DNA of 63,695 nt, counting the filler, from Reclinomonas americana ATCC 50394 (lineage: Eukaryota): assembly GCA_048213135.1 (NCBI GenBank). It is 12 parts of 12 records of this genome, joined end to end, with 100 filler letters (N's around TTAATTAATTAA, not from the genome) between each part and the next. Parts side by side here need not be neighbours in the genome. Positions count along the whole stretch, not along the records: positions 32,376 to 42,850 come from AFZH01022707.1; positions 42,951 to 46,001 come from AFZH01022708.1; positions 46,102 to 51,004 come from AFZH01022710.1; positions 51,105 to 56,951 come from AFZH01022711.1; 8 more parts are not named here. One strand, 5' to 3'. The position numbers were made by a program, and so were the translations under genes. Below, piece by piece: positions 40,362 through 52,787 of this stretch (position 1 is the stretch's first letter; each line of letters opens with the position of its first letter). Under the pieces are notes generated by a model that saw only the letters and a program-made list of their open reading frames with translations, searched no databases and was not told the DNA's origin.

Positions 40362-43300
40362 ATGTTACACGTGTGTGCGACCAAGCGTGAGCGCGAGGAC
40401 GATGCCGTTGACGAGAGGTGCGCCACACAAAACAACATAAAATCACTCACTTTTGTGAGTCACTCACACTGTGTCTTCTCACTCTCCAGTGAGCCTGCGC
40501 GCAAGCGAGTGTACGCGGTGCCTGCAAGTGAGCAGACAACTCTCCACTGGGCGATGATGATTCCCATTAACTGATGTGCGCCATCACAGATGATGAAAGT
40601 GAGATAGAGGAAGAGGAGGAGGAGGAAGACACGTTGTTGGTGGCACCTCCACCTGTGCAGTTCCTCTCTCCGTGCGCCTCGCAAGCGTCGGTCGACTCGG
40701 ACATGGTGAGTCCGCGTCGACGTCAGCGACCACGATCACGATCGCCAGTCGATGTCGATGTCGAGGAGGATGAGCCAATGTCGAGCCCGGTGCGCCTGTC
40801 GCAGCAGCACCAGCGGAGATCACTGTCGCGGTTGGTGATGCATGCGTTGTATTCGTCGGCGGAGTTGGAGACGCGATTGCGTGGCGAGTCGGCGGCGATG
40901 TTTGCGGAGGATGGTCGATTGCTGGCGTCGTTGCGTTGGCAAGAGAATGAGCGACAATCGAGCAGTCGGCGTGTCTTACGAGTGTGAACGAGCAGGCTGC
41001 CGCCACCGCCGGTGATTCGTCGCTTGTCGGGTGGCAGCAATACACACGCCCCGACGGTCACCACGACAAGTGCGTTGTCGTCACCACCGCCGCCTCCACC
41101 GCCACAATCATCATCGTCGTTGGCCACACAACAACCGTCCACGAATGCGATCGTGGTGGTGCGTGGGCGACCACCGCCGCCGGCCGCGCCACAACCCGTA
41201 CTCCATCAAGCACGTTGCGTATCAGTGTATCGACAAGGCTGCGCGCTGCTGTGCCTCACGTGGTGATGGACGCAGAGGATGGGCCGGAGATGAGTCGCGA
41301 CGAGGTCTTCAAGGGTCGCAGAGTGGCGTTTGTGCTCGGCGAGCATCTGCGCAGCGATCGAGCACAGCTGGTGGCCAATCGCATCTGCAGCAGCGGTGTG
41401 TTTTGCTCCGATCGCACCCCTTCTTCTCTTTTTTCCTCATATCAATGATGCAGGCGGAACTGTGGTCAAGCCCGGCAGCGAGGTGCGACTGGACGACGGT
41501 ATCACGGACATTGTGTGTGGTTGCAGCGCCGAGCGGTTGCTGGAGAAGCTCGGCTGGCGCGCAGTGCCGGAGGGCATCACCGTGCGACCACACAATTGGG
41601 TGGCCGAGTGCTTCACGCAATCGCGCCTGGTCGGCCAGTGTGTCAACATTGTCGATCGTTCACCGAGGAGAGCACACGGTGCAATGCACTCTCTGTTCAA
41701 CACGGGCGTGACGTCGACCTCGACGACGACGACCACCACGACCACGACGACCACCACCACGACGACTGTGCCGTCGGCATTCTCGTCGCCGTCCAAGTCC
41801 GTAAAATACGTACGCAAGGCTGGTGTGTGACGCACTCTTGTTTTTCGTTCCTTGTCCTCGTTTTCCTCTTTGTTGTGTCGCACTTTTGCCCACATTACTG
41901 CCTTCACAGCTCTGACCGCCGCCGAACTCTCTCCCAAGCGCATCGAGTCACCGGAACTCCTGCCACCCGCCGTGTCATCACCGCCATCGTCACCGGCACT
42001 TCCGTCACTGCCATTACCCTCCGTAATTCACAAGTACTCGTTTGAGGATGCGATGCGGGAAGCACAGCGGGCTGCTGCCACTGAGGAGAGTGCGAGTATG
42101 CTCACTCAGTCGATGGAATCAGCGTACGACGAAGAGGAGCTGTCTGATCAGGAAATAGGTGAGTGAAGGGCATGAGTTTTTCATCTGTTTCTTTCCTCTC
42201 ACCACCACGATCATTGCAGAGCGGCAGAAAGCACTTGACATTGCGCGATCGCAAATCGCGTCCACTAAGACGGGCCGGCAGGCCATCACATTCGCCTTCC
42301 AGTCGCGCCACGCCAAGGACACCCCGGCATGCGCCGAAAACAAGCCGCTGATCGATGAGCTGATGGGCATGTCGGTGGAGTGCGAAAAGGTGCGGCAGGA
42401 GTCACAACCTGTGTTGCTTTTCAGTGTCTCACGCCTGCTTTTCGCAGCGTCGCGATGACTGGCGTCAGCGCGCGTATCGGCTGGCCGCCAGTGCGATCTC
42501 CGAGTTGCCGTTCGTGGTCACCACGGTGGACCAGCTGAATGGCATTCGTCGCATCGGCAGTCGCATTCGGCGCAAGGTTCGCAGGCCCTGCCAGTGATGG
42601 AGTGTCTGTCTGTGATCACTGTGATCACTCACTGTTGCGCAGATTGCCGATTTTTTGAAGATTGGCTACATTCCCAAGCTGCAAGCGTTGCGCTCGCAGG
42701 TCAACGGCGACGTGATTGCTCTGTTTTGCGGCATTCACGGTGCGTGTGTGATTGTGTGATTGTGGCCACCTGCTAGCGCATGCTGATCTGACTTTCTTTC
42801 TCAAGGAGTGGGCAAGGAGACGGCACATCGCTGGTTGCAGGCGGGCTGGANNNNNNNNNNNNNNNNNNNNNNNNNNNNNNNNNNNNNNNNNNNNTTAATT
42901 AATTAANNNNNNNNNNNNNNNNNNNNNNNNNNNNNNNNNNNNNNNNNNNNGAACGCTGGACGACATCGAGAAGAATGTCAAGCTCAATCACCAACAGCAG
43001 CTCGGACTGCGCTACTACTATGTTGCGTGCACTCACTCTTCATCGCCCTCCGTCTCCGTCACTCAGTGTTGGTGAACGTGCACGTACCGGCAACAGGATA
43101 TTCAGCAGCGCATTCCGCGAGTGGAGGTGGCGGCCATTGAGGCCGTGGTGCGTGAGGCGGCGCACAAGGTGCACCCGGAACTCTTGGTGAGCGATGCAAT
43201 GGTCCCCTCACCACTCTCTCCTCGGCTCACCCGTTTCTGGAATCGTGATAGGCGGTGTGCTGTGGCTCGTTCCGTCGCGGCAAGGACTCCAGTGGCGACG

Positions 43301-43822
43301 TGGACATTCTCGTCTCGTTCGACCCCAAGAACGACGACTTTGCGCATGAGCCAGTGGTTGGCATTCTCAGTCGCATACTGAGCGAGCTGCGTCGCATGGA
43401 GTTCTTGGTGGGCGACCTCACGGAGCACATTGACGAGAGCGGCGTCTCGGAGACCTACATGGGCCTGTGTCGGCATCCGGACTACGAAGTCGTGCGCCGA
43501 CTCGACATAAAGGTGTACCCGCCGTCGGCCTTCCCCTTTGCGCTGCTCTACTTCACCGGCTCCGGTCACTTCAACCGCTCCATGCGCCTCTACGCCGACC
43601 ACTCGGGCTTCCGCCTCAACGACAAGGCGCTGCTGCGCGTTGTCCGCGACGCCTCCAACGAAGTCATTGTCAGCTCCGAATCGGTGCCATGCCGCAGCGA
43701 GGAAGATATTTTCCGGTGCGTTCTTCTCTGCTCTCTCACTGTCACTGCATGACAAACTGAACACGCGCGCATGCAGGGCCATGAACGCGACATACCGGAC
43801 GCCGGCGGAAAGGGACATTTGA
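40362..43822 (+). CDS. POLL: X-family DNA polymerase lambda with BRCT domain (spans gap 42851-42950)
   Basis: BRCT-like FKGRRVAF...HNWVAECF, 8-kDa/HhH region, CGSFRRGKDSSGDVDILV, RRLDIKVY and ALLYFTGSGHFNRSMR. The 5' exons are less certain. Confidence 0.9.
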
Positions 43823-43934
43823 CAACCGTGTGTGACGGACGCAGGCAGTGACGGAGAGCGCACACTGTGGACAGACAGACAGAGAGACAGACAGACAGAC
43901 ATCAGCCACAGAGGGGTAAACGAAATCGAGGAGC

Positions 43935-45636
43935 ATGATTCGCGCGTTGTTGCGGAGACCACCGGTGAGTCATCTTTACGCACACACATACTCCGATGGC
44001 CTCTGGAAGCGCCGACGCATCACACGGTGCACTTGCTCCTGTGTCTCCTCTGCCCGCACGCAAGGTGGTCACTGGCAACGTCTTCTCCTGCTTCGAGGAT
44101 GCTGTCGGAAACACGCCACTCATTCGTCTCCGGTGCGCCTGCATGCATGCATGAATTCTCTCTCTCACACACACATTGTGTCTGACTCTGTGTGTGTGAC
44201 CACCAGTCGCGCATCGGAGCTCACTGGGTGTGAGATCTATGGAAAGTGCGAGTTCATGAACCCAGGCGGTGAGGGCGTGTGTGAGAGAGAGAGAGAGTGG
44301 AAATGCCCTCCTCCTTCTCACACGCACACACGCGCGCACGCAGGCAGCGTCAAGGACCGCGCAGCATTGTGGATCATCAAAGACGCAGAGGAGTTTCGTC
44401 ACACCAAGTCTCTCTTTCTGCTTGCAATCACACTTATGCGCACACACAGACGCGGTTTGTTGTCACCCGGGCAATGCATTGTGGAGGGCACTGCGGGCAA
44501 CACGGGCATTGGACTGGCGCTGGTGGCCAACTCGCGCGGCTACAAGACGGTGATTGTGATTCCCGACACGCAGTCGCAGGAGAAGAAGGACATGCTGCGC
44601 ATGGCGGGGGCGCAATTGGTCGAGGTACCGGCGGTGCCGTACAAGGACTACAATAACTACATTCGAGTGTCGGGCCGCTTGGCGCAGGAGCTGGGCGGAG
44701 TGTGGGCCAATCAGTTTGATAATCGGGTGAGGCGGAGCGATGGGGGGAATGAGGGGAGAAGGAGAAGGAGAGACACAGCTGACTTGGTGCGATGCAGGCC
44801 AACCGACAAGCGCACATTGAGAGCACGGGTCCGGAGATGTGGGCGCAGCTCGAGGGCAAGATCGACGGTTTCAGCTGCGCCATTGGCACTGGTGGAACAC
44901 TGGTACGTCGTACCGTGCCGTGCACTCCAGCGAGAAGCCAATGCTGCTCATGTTTCTCATGACTCCCACTCTCCCATTCTCCCTCTCTCTTCCTCCCTTC
45001 CTTCCTTTCTCTCTCTCTCTCTCTCTCCCTCTCTCCCTCTCTGTTCTGCATTTTTCCGACACGCAGTCGGGCACCGCCGAGTTCCTGCGGTCGAAGAATC
45101 CGGCAATCAAGATCGGCCTCACGGATCCGCAGGGCGCGGCGCTCTACCGCTACTACCGCGATGGAGAGTTGCGCTCCGAGGGCTCCTCCATCACCGAGGG
45201 CATTGGACAGGGGCGCGTCACCGCCAATCTCGAAGGCTTCAAGCCCGACATGACATACGAGGTGCGACGCATGCATGCTGCTCCTTCCTCGCTTCTCTAC
45301 ATGCTCACGCTGTGCGCGTAGATTCCGGACGCTGAGGCCCTGGACGTCATCTACGATTTGCTGCAGCACGAGGGATTGTGCCTCGGCACCTCGTCGGGCA
45401 TCAATGTGGCGGGCGCCATTCGCTTTGCGCGCGACCTCGGCCCCGGCCACACCATTGTCACCATTCTGTGCGACTCGGGCACGCGCTACCAGAGCCGCCT
45501 GTTCAACGTGCCCTTCCTGGCCTCCAAGGATCTGCCGCGGCCGACGTGGCTCGAGAGCATCGAGGTCAGCGACGAAGTCAAGGCCGCCGTGCAGCGCGCC
45601 ATGGCTCCCCCTCCGGCGGCAGCGCCGCCATCGTGA
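43935..45636 (+). CDS. Cysteine synthase (O-acetylserine thiol-lyase), possibly mitochondrial
   Basis: VGNTPLIRL, EFMNPGG|SVKDR (PLP Lys), EGTAGNTG, NQFDN, GTGGT and EGIGQG. Arg-rich N-terminus MIRALLRRPP. Confidence 0.95.
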
Positions 45637-45722
45637 CGCTGCTGCTGCGTTGCCAGAAGCACTCCAAACAGGAATGCACACCACACTGCCACAATTTATC
45701 TTCCTCTATTATAAAAAATGAA

Positions 45723-46001
45723 TCATAATTGAGGCAGGCCGAGCCATCCTCGCAGTCTCTCGTACACCAAAAACGTAATGGTGGTCTGCGGCGCCAGCCG
45801 TGCATAGTTGCTCGTCCACCCGCGGAAGAAGCGCGGCAGGCCACCCTCACGCCACAGTAACACAGCAGTGTCGACGAGGCCGTGCGAAGTGCCGCGTCGA
45901 TTCATCATTAATGACTTGACGACATCGGCGGGCGAGGTGACGGTGCTGCTGATGAAGCCGGCCACCATACTGGCGGCGAGATGCGTCGCAAACCCATCCT
46001 T
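45723..46001 (-). CDS. Mitochondrial carrier (SLC25, dicarboxylate/UCP-like), 3' fragment
   Basis: Signature PADVVKS and REGGLPRFFRGWTSNYARLAPQTTITFLVYE. Confidence 0.88.
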   Translation of the reverse strand, partial: KDGFATHLAASMVAGFISSTVTSPADVVKSLMMNRRGTSHGLVDTAVLLWREGGLPRFFRGWTSNYARLAPQTTITFLVYERLRGWLGLPQL

Positions 46002-46101
46002 NNNNNNNNNNNNNNNNNNNNNNNNNNNNNNNNNNNNNNNNNNNNTTAATTAATTAANNNNNNNNNNNNNNNNNNNNNNNNNNNNNNNNNNNNNNNNNNN
46101 N

Positions 46102-49100
46102 GGTGGTGGACGACGAGGGCGATGGCGAGGTCAACAACGCCAATGCTGCGGGCAAGCAGTCGCCGGCGCCACCGCGTGGTGGCTCACGTGTGCACACACC
46201 ACTGCTGACGGGCGAGGTACCGGCGGGCCTCAAGTCGTTTGGCGCGAAGCGCGAGAAGTGGGTGGAGGGCGTGGTGCGCTCTGCTAACCAGGTGTCGTCG
46301 ACCAAGGACCTGGACACGCTGAATGCCACGCGCAAGTCGGTCCTCGGCAAGGCCGGTGTGACGCCGCGCTCTCACTCCGACGGCAACGGCGCGCAGCTGA
46401 CGCACGCCTCGGTGCAAGTGACGCGCAAGCCCGATATGCAGTCGTGTCCGCGTCGCTTGGAAATGAGCCGGTTCGCCAATGTCGGTCGCACGCGCGGCAG
46501 CCCCGGCGACAGCAAGGCCGACGGCCACACGCGCATCGAGTGGCTGCGCAATCTGGGGTTGCGTTGCTCGCACTCTCGTTCATGACTATTGTTCCTTGCC
46601 TCACCTTGGCGCGTGCGAGCAGAACCGAAGCACCGATTGGCGATTATCGCGACCGCTTCTGCCACCTGCGTGTTCTCAATGGCGAATTCATCACCGTGGA
46701 GGAGCTGTTGAGTGTGCTGCGTGAGTATGCACTGGCGGCCGTCCGTCGCGTTCACCAGTTCGATCCGACACCTCGGCGATCCAAGGCCGCATCAACACCT
46801 TCGACCCTGCCGCCGTACTTGTTGCGCCACACGGGTCTCGTGGATGCCACCGATGAGCCAACTCCGCGAGCGGAGCCCATCACGTTGGATAACATGGATG
46901 GGGAGGAGGGGTACTATGACGAGGGCGACGAGGTTGATTTCTCCGAGGAGCTGCGGCAGAGGCGCGAGTTTGACAAACTCACCATGCTGAACCTCGTCCT
47001 CGGCACCATGAGTTGCGCTTTCCCTCCTCCTCCCCCACGCTATTTCCTGCGCTGGCCCTCATTTTCTAATCTCCCATCGCAGCACTCAATCCTGCAGCCA
47101 CACAACGGAGACCTCTGGACGCTGGCTGGACATTGCCTCCGGACGATCCGTCGCTGCACACGGTGACGGCCCCGCCGGCAGTAGAGCACGGCTACGAGAA
47201 GCCGTGGCTGCAGAATTCCAAGCGGCCCGAGTCGCGGCAGGGCGGTGCGCGAGGCGAGAGCAGTGGCGAGGCGGCGGGTGCTGCCGGTGGAGAGGCAACA
47301 GAGGCGCTGTCGGTGACCTCAGGTGCTGTCGCCGCCTCTCTGGCCAAGAGTGGACCACTGGCAACCACCAATGTGGCGTCTCCTGCGCCTATCGACACCT
47401 CCGACAGCATGCAGCGCACAGTCGTCGCCACACCGCGTGTCAATATGCCGTCGGTGGTGCCGGCGGCGCAGATGCACTCGACGTTTTTGAGCTCGTCCAT
47501 GCGCTCCCCGAGTGGTGCTGGTGGTGCGGGAGGCGGTGGACCGCAGGTGCCTCCACTGCAGCTGCACGAGCTCAGTCGTATGATTGAGCAGTCGACGCCG
47601 CGACTGCAGTTCGCTGCGAAACCGGTGGATGCCAGCAAGAGCAAGCATCCGTACCATTTGGACGTGGACTTTGTGCAGCGCATGGAGAAGAAGGTGAATC
47701 AGTGTGTGTGTGGTTCGCCTGTTGTTACTCATTTGCATGTTGAGCTGACACGCGTGCGCGCAGCTCGACATGAATCTGCTGGAGGAGATTCATGCCAAGC
47801 TGCAGGATCCAAAATTTGCCAGCTTCCTGCCCGACCGCTCGGCGGCCACGATTTTCCACGCGCGCCTCGAGGACTTCCAGGTGCTGTCCGATCACTGGCG
47901 CACGGCGTTTGAGGCGGGTACCGCCCGTGCCGTATTTGATTCACGCGGCAATCCAATCGGCCATGATCACGGTGCCACGTCGCCACGTACGCTCGCCGTG
48001 GCGAACAACAAGCCGCTGTTCCACGAAATCCTGCAAGCGACCATCGACAAGGACAATGAGCGACACAAGCAAACGATGCAGGCCAAGCAGGAGCACATGC
48101 AGCGCGCCAAGCAGGAGCGGCTGGCCGAGTCGGCGCGTCTCCTGTCGGAGCGTGCTGTGGCCAGTCCGCGACCACCGTCGCATGACGAGCCGCGCTCCCC
48201 AACCCACCGGTCGGCTCGAGCGTTTGGCAGCCGGTCACCGTCGAAAAAGGGCACCGTGCCGCCGCCCCTCGACCTGTCGCGTCTGCAGGGCACCAATGGT
48301 GTGGCGATGGACGGCGACGATGTACAATCACTGTCGTCGGCGGCGTCACACGCGTCGCTGCTGACCACGAGGTACCGCCTGAAGAGCTCCACCGGTCTGG
48401 TGAACCAGTATCGACAGGTGGCCGACGAGCTGGCAGAGGAGTGGGCATTCTACAATGTGAGTGCTAGAAGAGAAAAGAAGGAGTGGTTTTGTTTCCTGAC
48501 TGTGGCATTCTCTCCCTGCAGGCGGACGACGACTATGTCGACACGAACGCATTTTGCTTGACGGGGCGTGGTACGACGCTGCAACAGACACCAACGGCAC
48601 TGAAGGCCACGTCACCAGCCACTCTCCCACACTCGCTTCGCAAGGCGCCGTTCTCCGAGTCCAAGCTCGGGCAAGTGCCGATGTTCCGACGACGTGCGCC
48701 GCCGCCGTCCGAGGCCGCAGGCAACAATGCAACAACGGCATCGGCTCGCAAGGCCGGAGGCAGCGCGACTGCCAGAGGCCCACAGCCCCCAGCGTCCGCA
48801 CGACCGCTGTCTTCGACACGCAGCGGTGGTGCCATGACCGCTCGCTTTGGCAATCTGAGTGCGCGCTCCACGACTTCAGTGTCACTTATCGGCACCGAGC
48901 GATCCAAGGGCGGTGGCGGTGCCGGCGTCCTCACTGCGCGCGGTACATTCAGCGACCCGAGTCCCGAGCGTGGTACGTGTATTTGTGTGCGCGCGTCTCT
49001 CTCTTCGTCATTATGGTTGACATGCTTCGTTGTCGAACAGGTCGACGGAAAAAGGAGACGGTCATCTCCATTCGTGAGAGAGAGAAGCTGCCGCCTGCCG

Positions 49101-50027
49101 AGTCTCAGATTCACGAATTGTACTGCGAGGAGAAGGAGCTGGAGCTGGCCATGGACATTGAGCAGACGGAGAGGAAACCACGCCGTCAGCTCAACGACGC
49201 GTACTACTCGGGCATCCTGGAGCGAGAGAAGCGCAAGGCGCAGGATGTTGCGTGCCGGCGGAAGGAGTAGGAGGATGAGGTGTGATGGACGAGGCACTGA
49301 CTGTCCCATACTCTTGTTTTTCCACAGCTCGTCATTCAGAAGAAGCTGAATCTGCATCGGCAACGGCTGTCGCTGATTGAGAAGGGTCGTGTCCGCGATG
49401 CCGCCAAGCTGCGCGACGAAGCAGAAGCCACCTTTTTGCGGCCCGAGGCAGTTGACGAGTTGGGCGTGCGTCGGTTCTTGGGTGCCGTGCAAAAGGACGA
49501 GATCTGGCAAGTGGTGCGACAGACTCGCATCGAGAACCAGTTGAAGGACTGGTACCGTTCAGGCAGTTCAACGCGCAAGGGCACCGCCGACTCGAGCGCC
49601 ACCACCACTCCGGCGAATGGTACCGCTGCTCCTGCCGCCGCCGCCGCTGCTGCTGCTGCACCGTTGCGTTTTGCTTGGCAGAGTGAGAGAGAGAGAGAGA
49701 GAGTATTCTGTATGTGCTAATCTGGTGTGCTTCAACAGTGCGCCACCGACGTCGGATCCCATGGGGCGGCGTCCGATTGTGCTGGCCGGCCGCGAGTTTA
49801 CCTACGCCGCGTCGTTTGAGAAGTACAAGGACGAAATCAACCCAAAGACGGCACTGATGAAGCGAAGGCACGGCTTGTCAAGCTCGGCGACGAATCCCGC
49901 CGGTCCACCGCCTCCCCAGAAGGATGCGAACAGGGCAGCAACGGGTCCTGCCGCCGCCGCCGACGCATTCTACAAGCGCATGGAGCCGACCAAGCGGTCG
50001 TCATCACAAATCTTTGGCGACATTTAA
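46102..50027 (+). CDS. Large hypothetical protein with coiled-coil and low-complexity segments (5' truncated by gap)
   Basis: Eight exons join in frame via seven GT-AG introns to TAA at 50025-50027. No family recognised. Confidence 0.65.
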
Positions 50028-50106
50028 AAAACGTAATGAAACAGCGGATTGTATTTTTTTTCATCGGAGGTGCGGCGCACGCACATACACGCACAGGCGG
50101 TTCGCA

Positions 50107-52368
50107 TTATCCTACACGCCTTTCGTCGCGGAACTGCTGGCGCAGCAGCTGCACAAAGTACTCCTCCAGTCGATCGGCATTCTGGTAGTACACCGTGTCC
50201 TCGCCGTTGAAGAAGCGGCAATTGACAAAGATGCGGCTGACCTCGGCAATAAAGATCTCCTTGGTGACGTAGATCTTGCCGGTCTGGTGTCGTCTGGAGA
50301 TCGTCTGCAGGTCAATGGGATCACGAACAAGCAGGTAGTAGTTGCGCACGTCAACGGGCACCTGTGGGGCGGCAACAACGTGTGAGTATGAGAGGAGAAG
50401 CTTGCCAACGACGAGTGCACGCAACCGGTTCACGGAATGGCCACGAATCGTCGTGCTGGATGAGTGCATCGATGATGAACCGCAGCTTCTCGTGCAGTCT
50501 TTGCACGTCCTCTGCTGTCCTCTCTGGTCTCCAGCCGGCCTCCACCACGCCGGGAATGTGCTCGACGGGAATGCTGATGGCCTCCTTGTTGCGGAACAGA
50601 TCGATGCCCGAGTGAATGAGATCCGAGTTGCTCATCTCCGCCTTGCGCTTGCACACGGCCAGACGCTGCTGACGGATCATGGCCGGCAGATCGAGGTAAT
50701 TGATGCGCGGATGGATGATGCACTCCATGAGCGTGGAGTCCTTGTAGTCCTTGATGTAGCCCTTCCACTTGGGATTGGCGCTGGTGACCTTGACAAAGCC
50801 CTGCAGAGAGAGAGAGAGAGAGAGAGAGAACTATGAGGTGCGAGAAGGAAGGCAGGCAGGGAGACGGAAACAGGCGAACCTGCTTCTTGAAAAAGTTAAT
50901 GGCAGTGTTATCTCCGTAGACGAGAAAGTGGAACAAGTTCTGGCTCTGCACGTGATTCTTGAGGTGGTTCATGAGGCGCGTGCCGTAGCCGCGAACCTAC
51001 GTCGNNNNNNNNNNNNNNNNNNNNNNNNNNNNNNNNNNNNNNNNNNNNTTAATTAATTAANNNNNNNNNNNNNNNNNNNNNNNNNNNNNNNNNNNNNNNN
51101 NNNNCCCCCCGGCAGCAGATGAGCAGTGTGCGCGCACGACAGACGCCTGTGTGAAAGAGGACAACACACCTGCACGGTGCGACTGACGACAAAGAACACG
51201 ATTTCGACGAACTCGCGGTCGGGGAATGGTCGATACGTGATGCCGCCAATCAGCACGTCGCCCTGCATGGCCAACACGGAGCGATGCTTCCGGTCAAAGA
51301 CCACACGCGAAATGTACTCGCGCTGCATCTTGGTGAGACCGCGCGAGAAGATGTTTCTGCAAAGGTTGAACGGGAGATGAGACACCGTAGAATAACAGAA
51401 GGGAGGCAGCGGAGCGCACACCTCAGCAGCGTGAGGTACGTCAAACTCTGAATGGTGCCATCGTTGTAGGCGTGACGGAAGCCCACATCACCACGGTCCT
51501 CGGCCTGCTTGGCAATCTCATCACGCGACAATGACACCGCCGGTTGTCCGCCTGCGCCACCGCCCTCGCCACCTTCCCCGCCTCCCGCTCGCGATCCGTC
51601 GCTACCACCCGCACCAGCACCACCTCCACCAGCGCCCGACATGGACGCCGAGCTGCCGTGCACTTCATGGATGGAGGGAATGGTGTGAAAGGCTGTGGTC
51701 GACGCCACACCGACAATGGAGGGTGGCACACTCGGCAAGTTGGTCGAATCCACACCCGGGATCTTGGTGTCGGGCTGCAGATGTGAACCAATGTGCATGT
51801 CAGCGTGTGTGTGAGCGAGAGAGAGAGAGAGAGAGAGAGCAGACAGTGTGCTCAAACACAGACCTCTTTGTAGTCGCCCTCTTCTTCCTCCTCCTCTTCC
51901 TCCTCGGTCTCTTCTTCCTCTCCGTCACCGTCCATTTCCTCATCGCCATCATCCTCCTCTTCGTCATCGTCGTCCGTTGGCAGAGCAGTCAGCACTCGAT
52001 GTCGCCCGTCTATGTGTGTGCGCGCGCACACACACACACACGTGATGAGAAGACAACACACAGGTTCAAGTGTGCGCGCGTCAATGCATACCATCAGACG
52101 AGGACGCGGATGCTGCAGGTGCACCGGCGGCAGCCGATGGTGCAGTCACTGGCATGCGTGAACTCACAGCATGCTTCATTGTGAAAGAGAGAGAAAGAGG
52201 GTGAGTGTGAGCGGTAGATAGAGAGAGAGAGAGTGTTTTTGGTGCAATGCAGACCGAGGTGGCTGCTCGTCGTGGAGGCCTCTTGCCGGATGGTGGTGCA
52301 TCGGCGACGGGTCGTGTGCCGTCTGTCGATGCCGACTCTTCGTGAGAGCGCTTGCCCTTGCCTCGCAT
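50107..52368 (-). CDS. GCN5: Histone acetyltransferase GCN5 (GNAT + bromodomain), spans gap 51005-51104
   Basis: [75 protein letters not shown] and [14 protein letters not shown]. Confidence 0.95.
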
Positions 52369-52787
52369 GTGGTGTTTGTGGTGTGACAAGTCGGTGGGGA
52401 CACGAGGACGACGTCGACGCCACACTCTGTTGGTGTCGGCGAGAGAGCACGTGTGGCGCCAATGGAAGCGACCACGTGTAGAAGAGAGCAAGGAGCGGTC
52501 TTTAAAAAGCACAGTGAGCTGGTGGGCACGCTTGCTTGTTCATTGCTGCGCAGTCGTGCTCACGCGCAAGAGAGCGTGAGCTGCACGAATCGTATTCACT
52601 ACCACGAGAAACGACATCTGCCTTACATACATGACTGGGAACTCTTTGACAACGCATATACTTCGCATCAAAACACAATACAAAACCGATCATCCTTTCC
52701 CTCACGCATTATTATGACGGCGGCGCCGTAAACTTGTGAAACCCGTATCCTTCACCACTCTTGTTTACCATCGCACACCATGCACGC

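Noticed and set aside
40574..40987. Separate small gene upstream of Pol lambda
   Set aside because: GTTGCG donors at 40930 and 41214 splice it in frame to the BRCT exon, so it is better read as the Pol lambda N-terminus.
43935..45636. Cysteine synthase as recent bacterial transfer or contamination
   Set aside because: It has seven spliceosomal introns and a likely targeting peptide, and this enzyme type is known in other eukaryotes.
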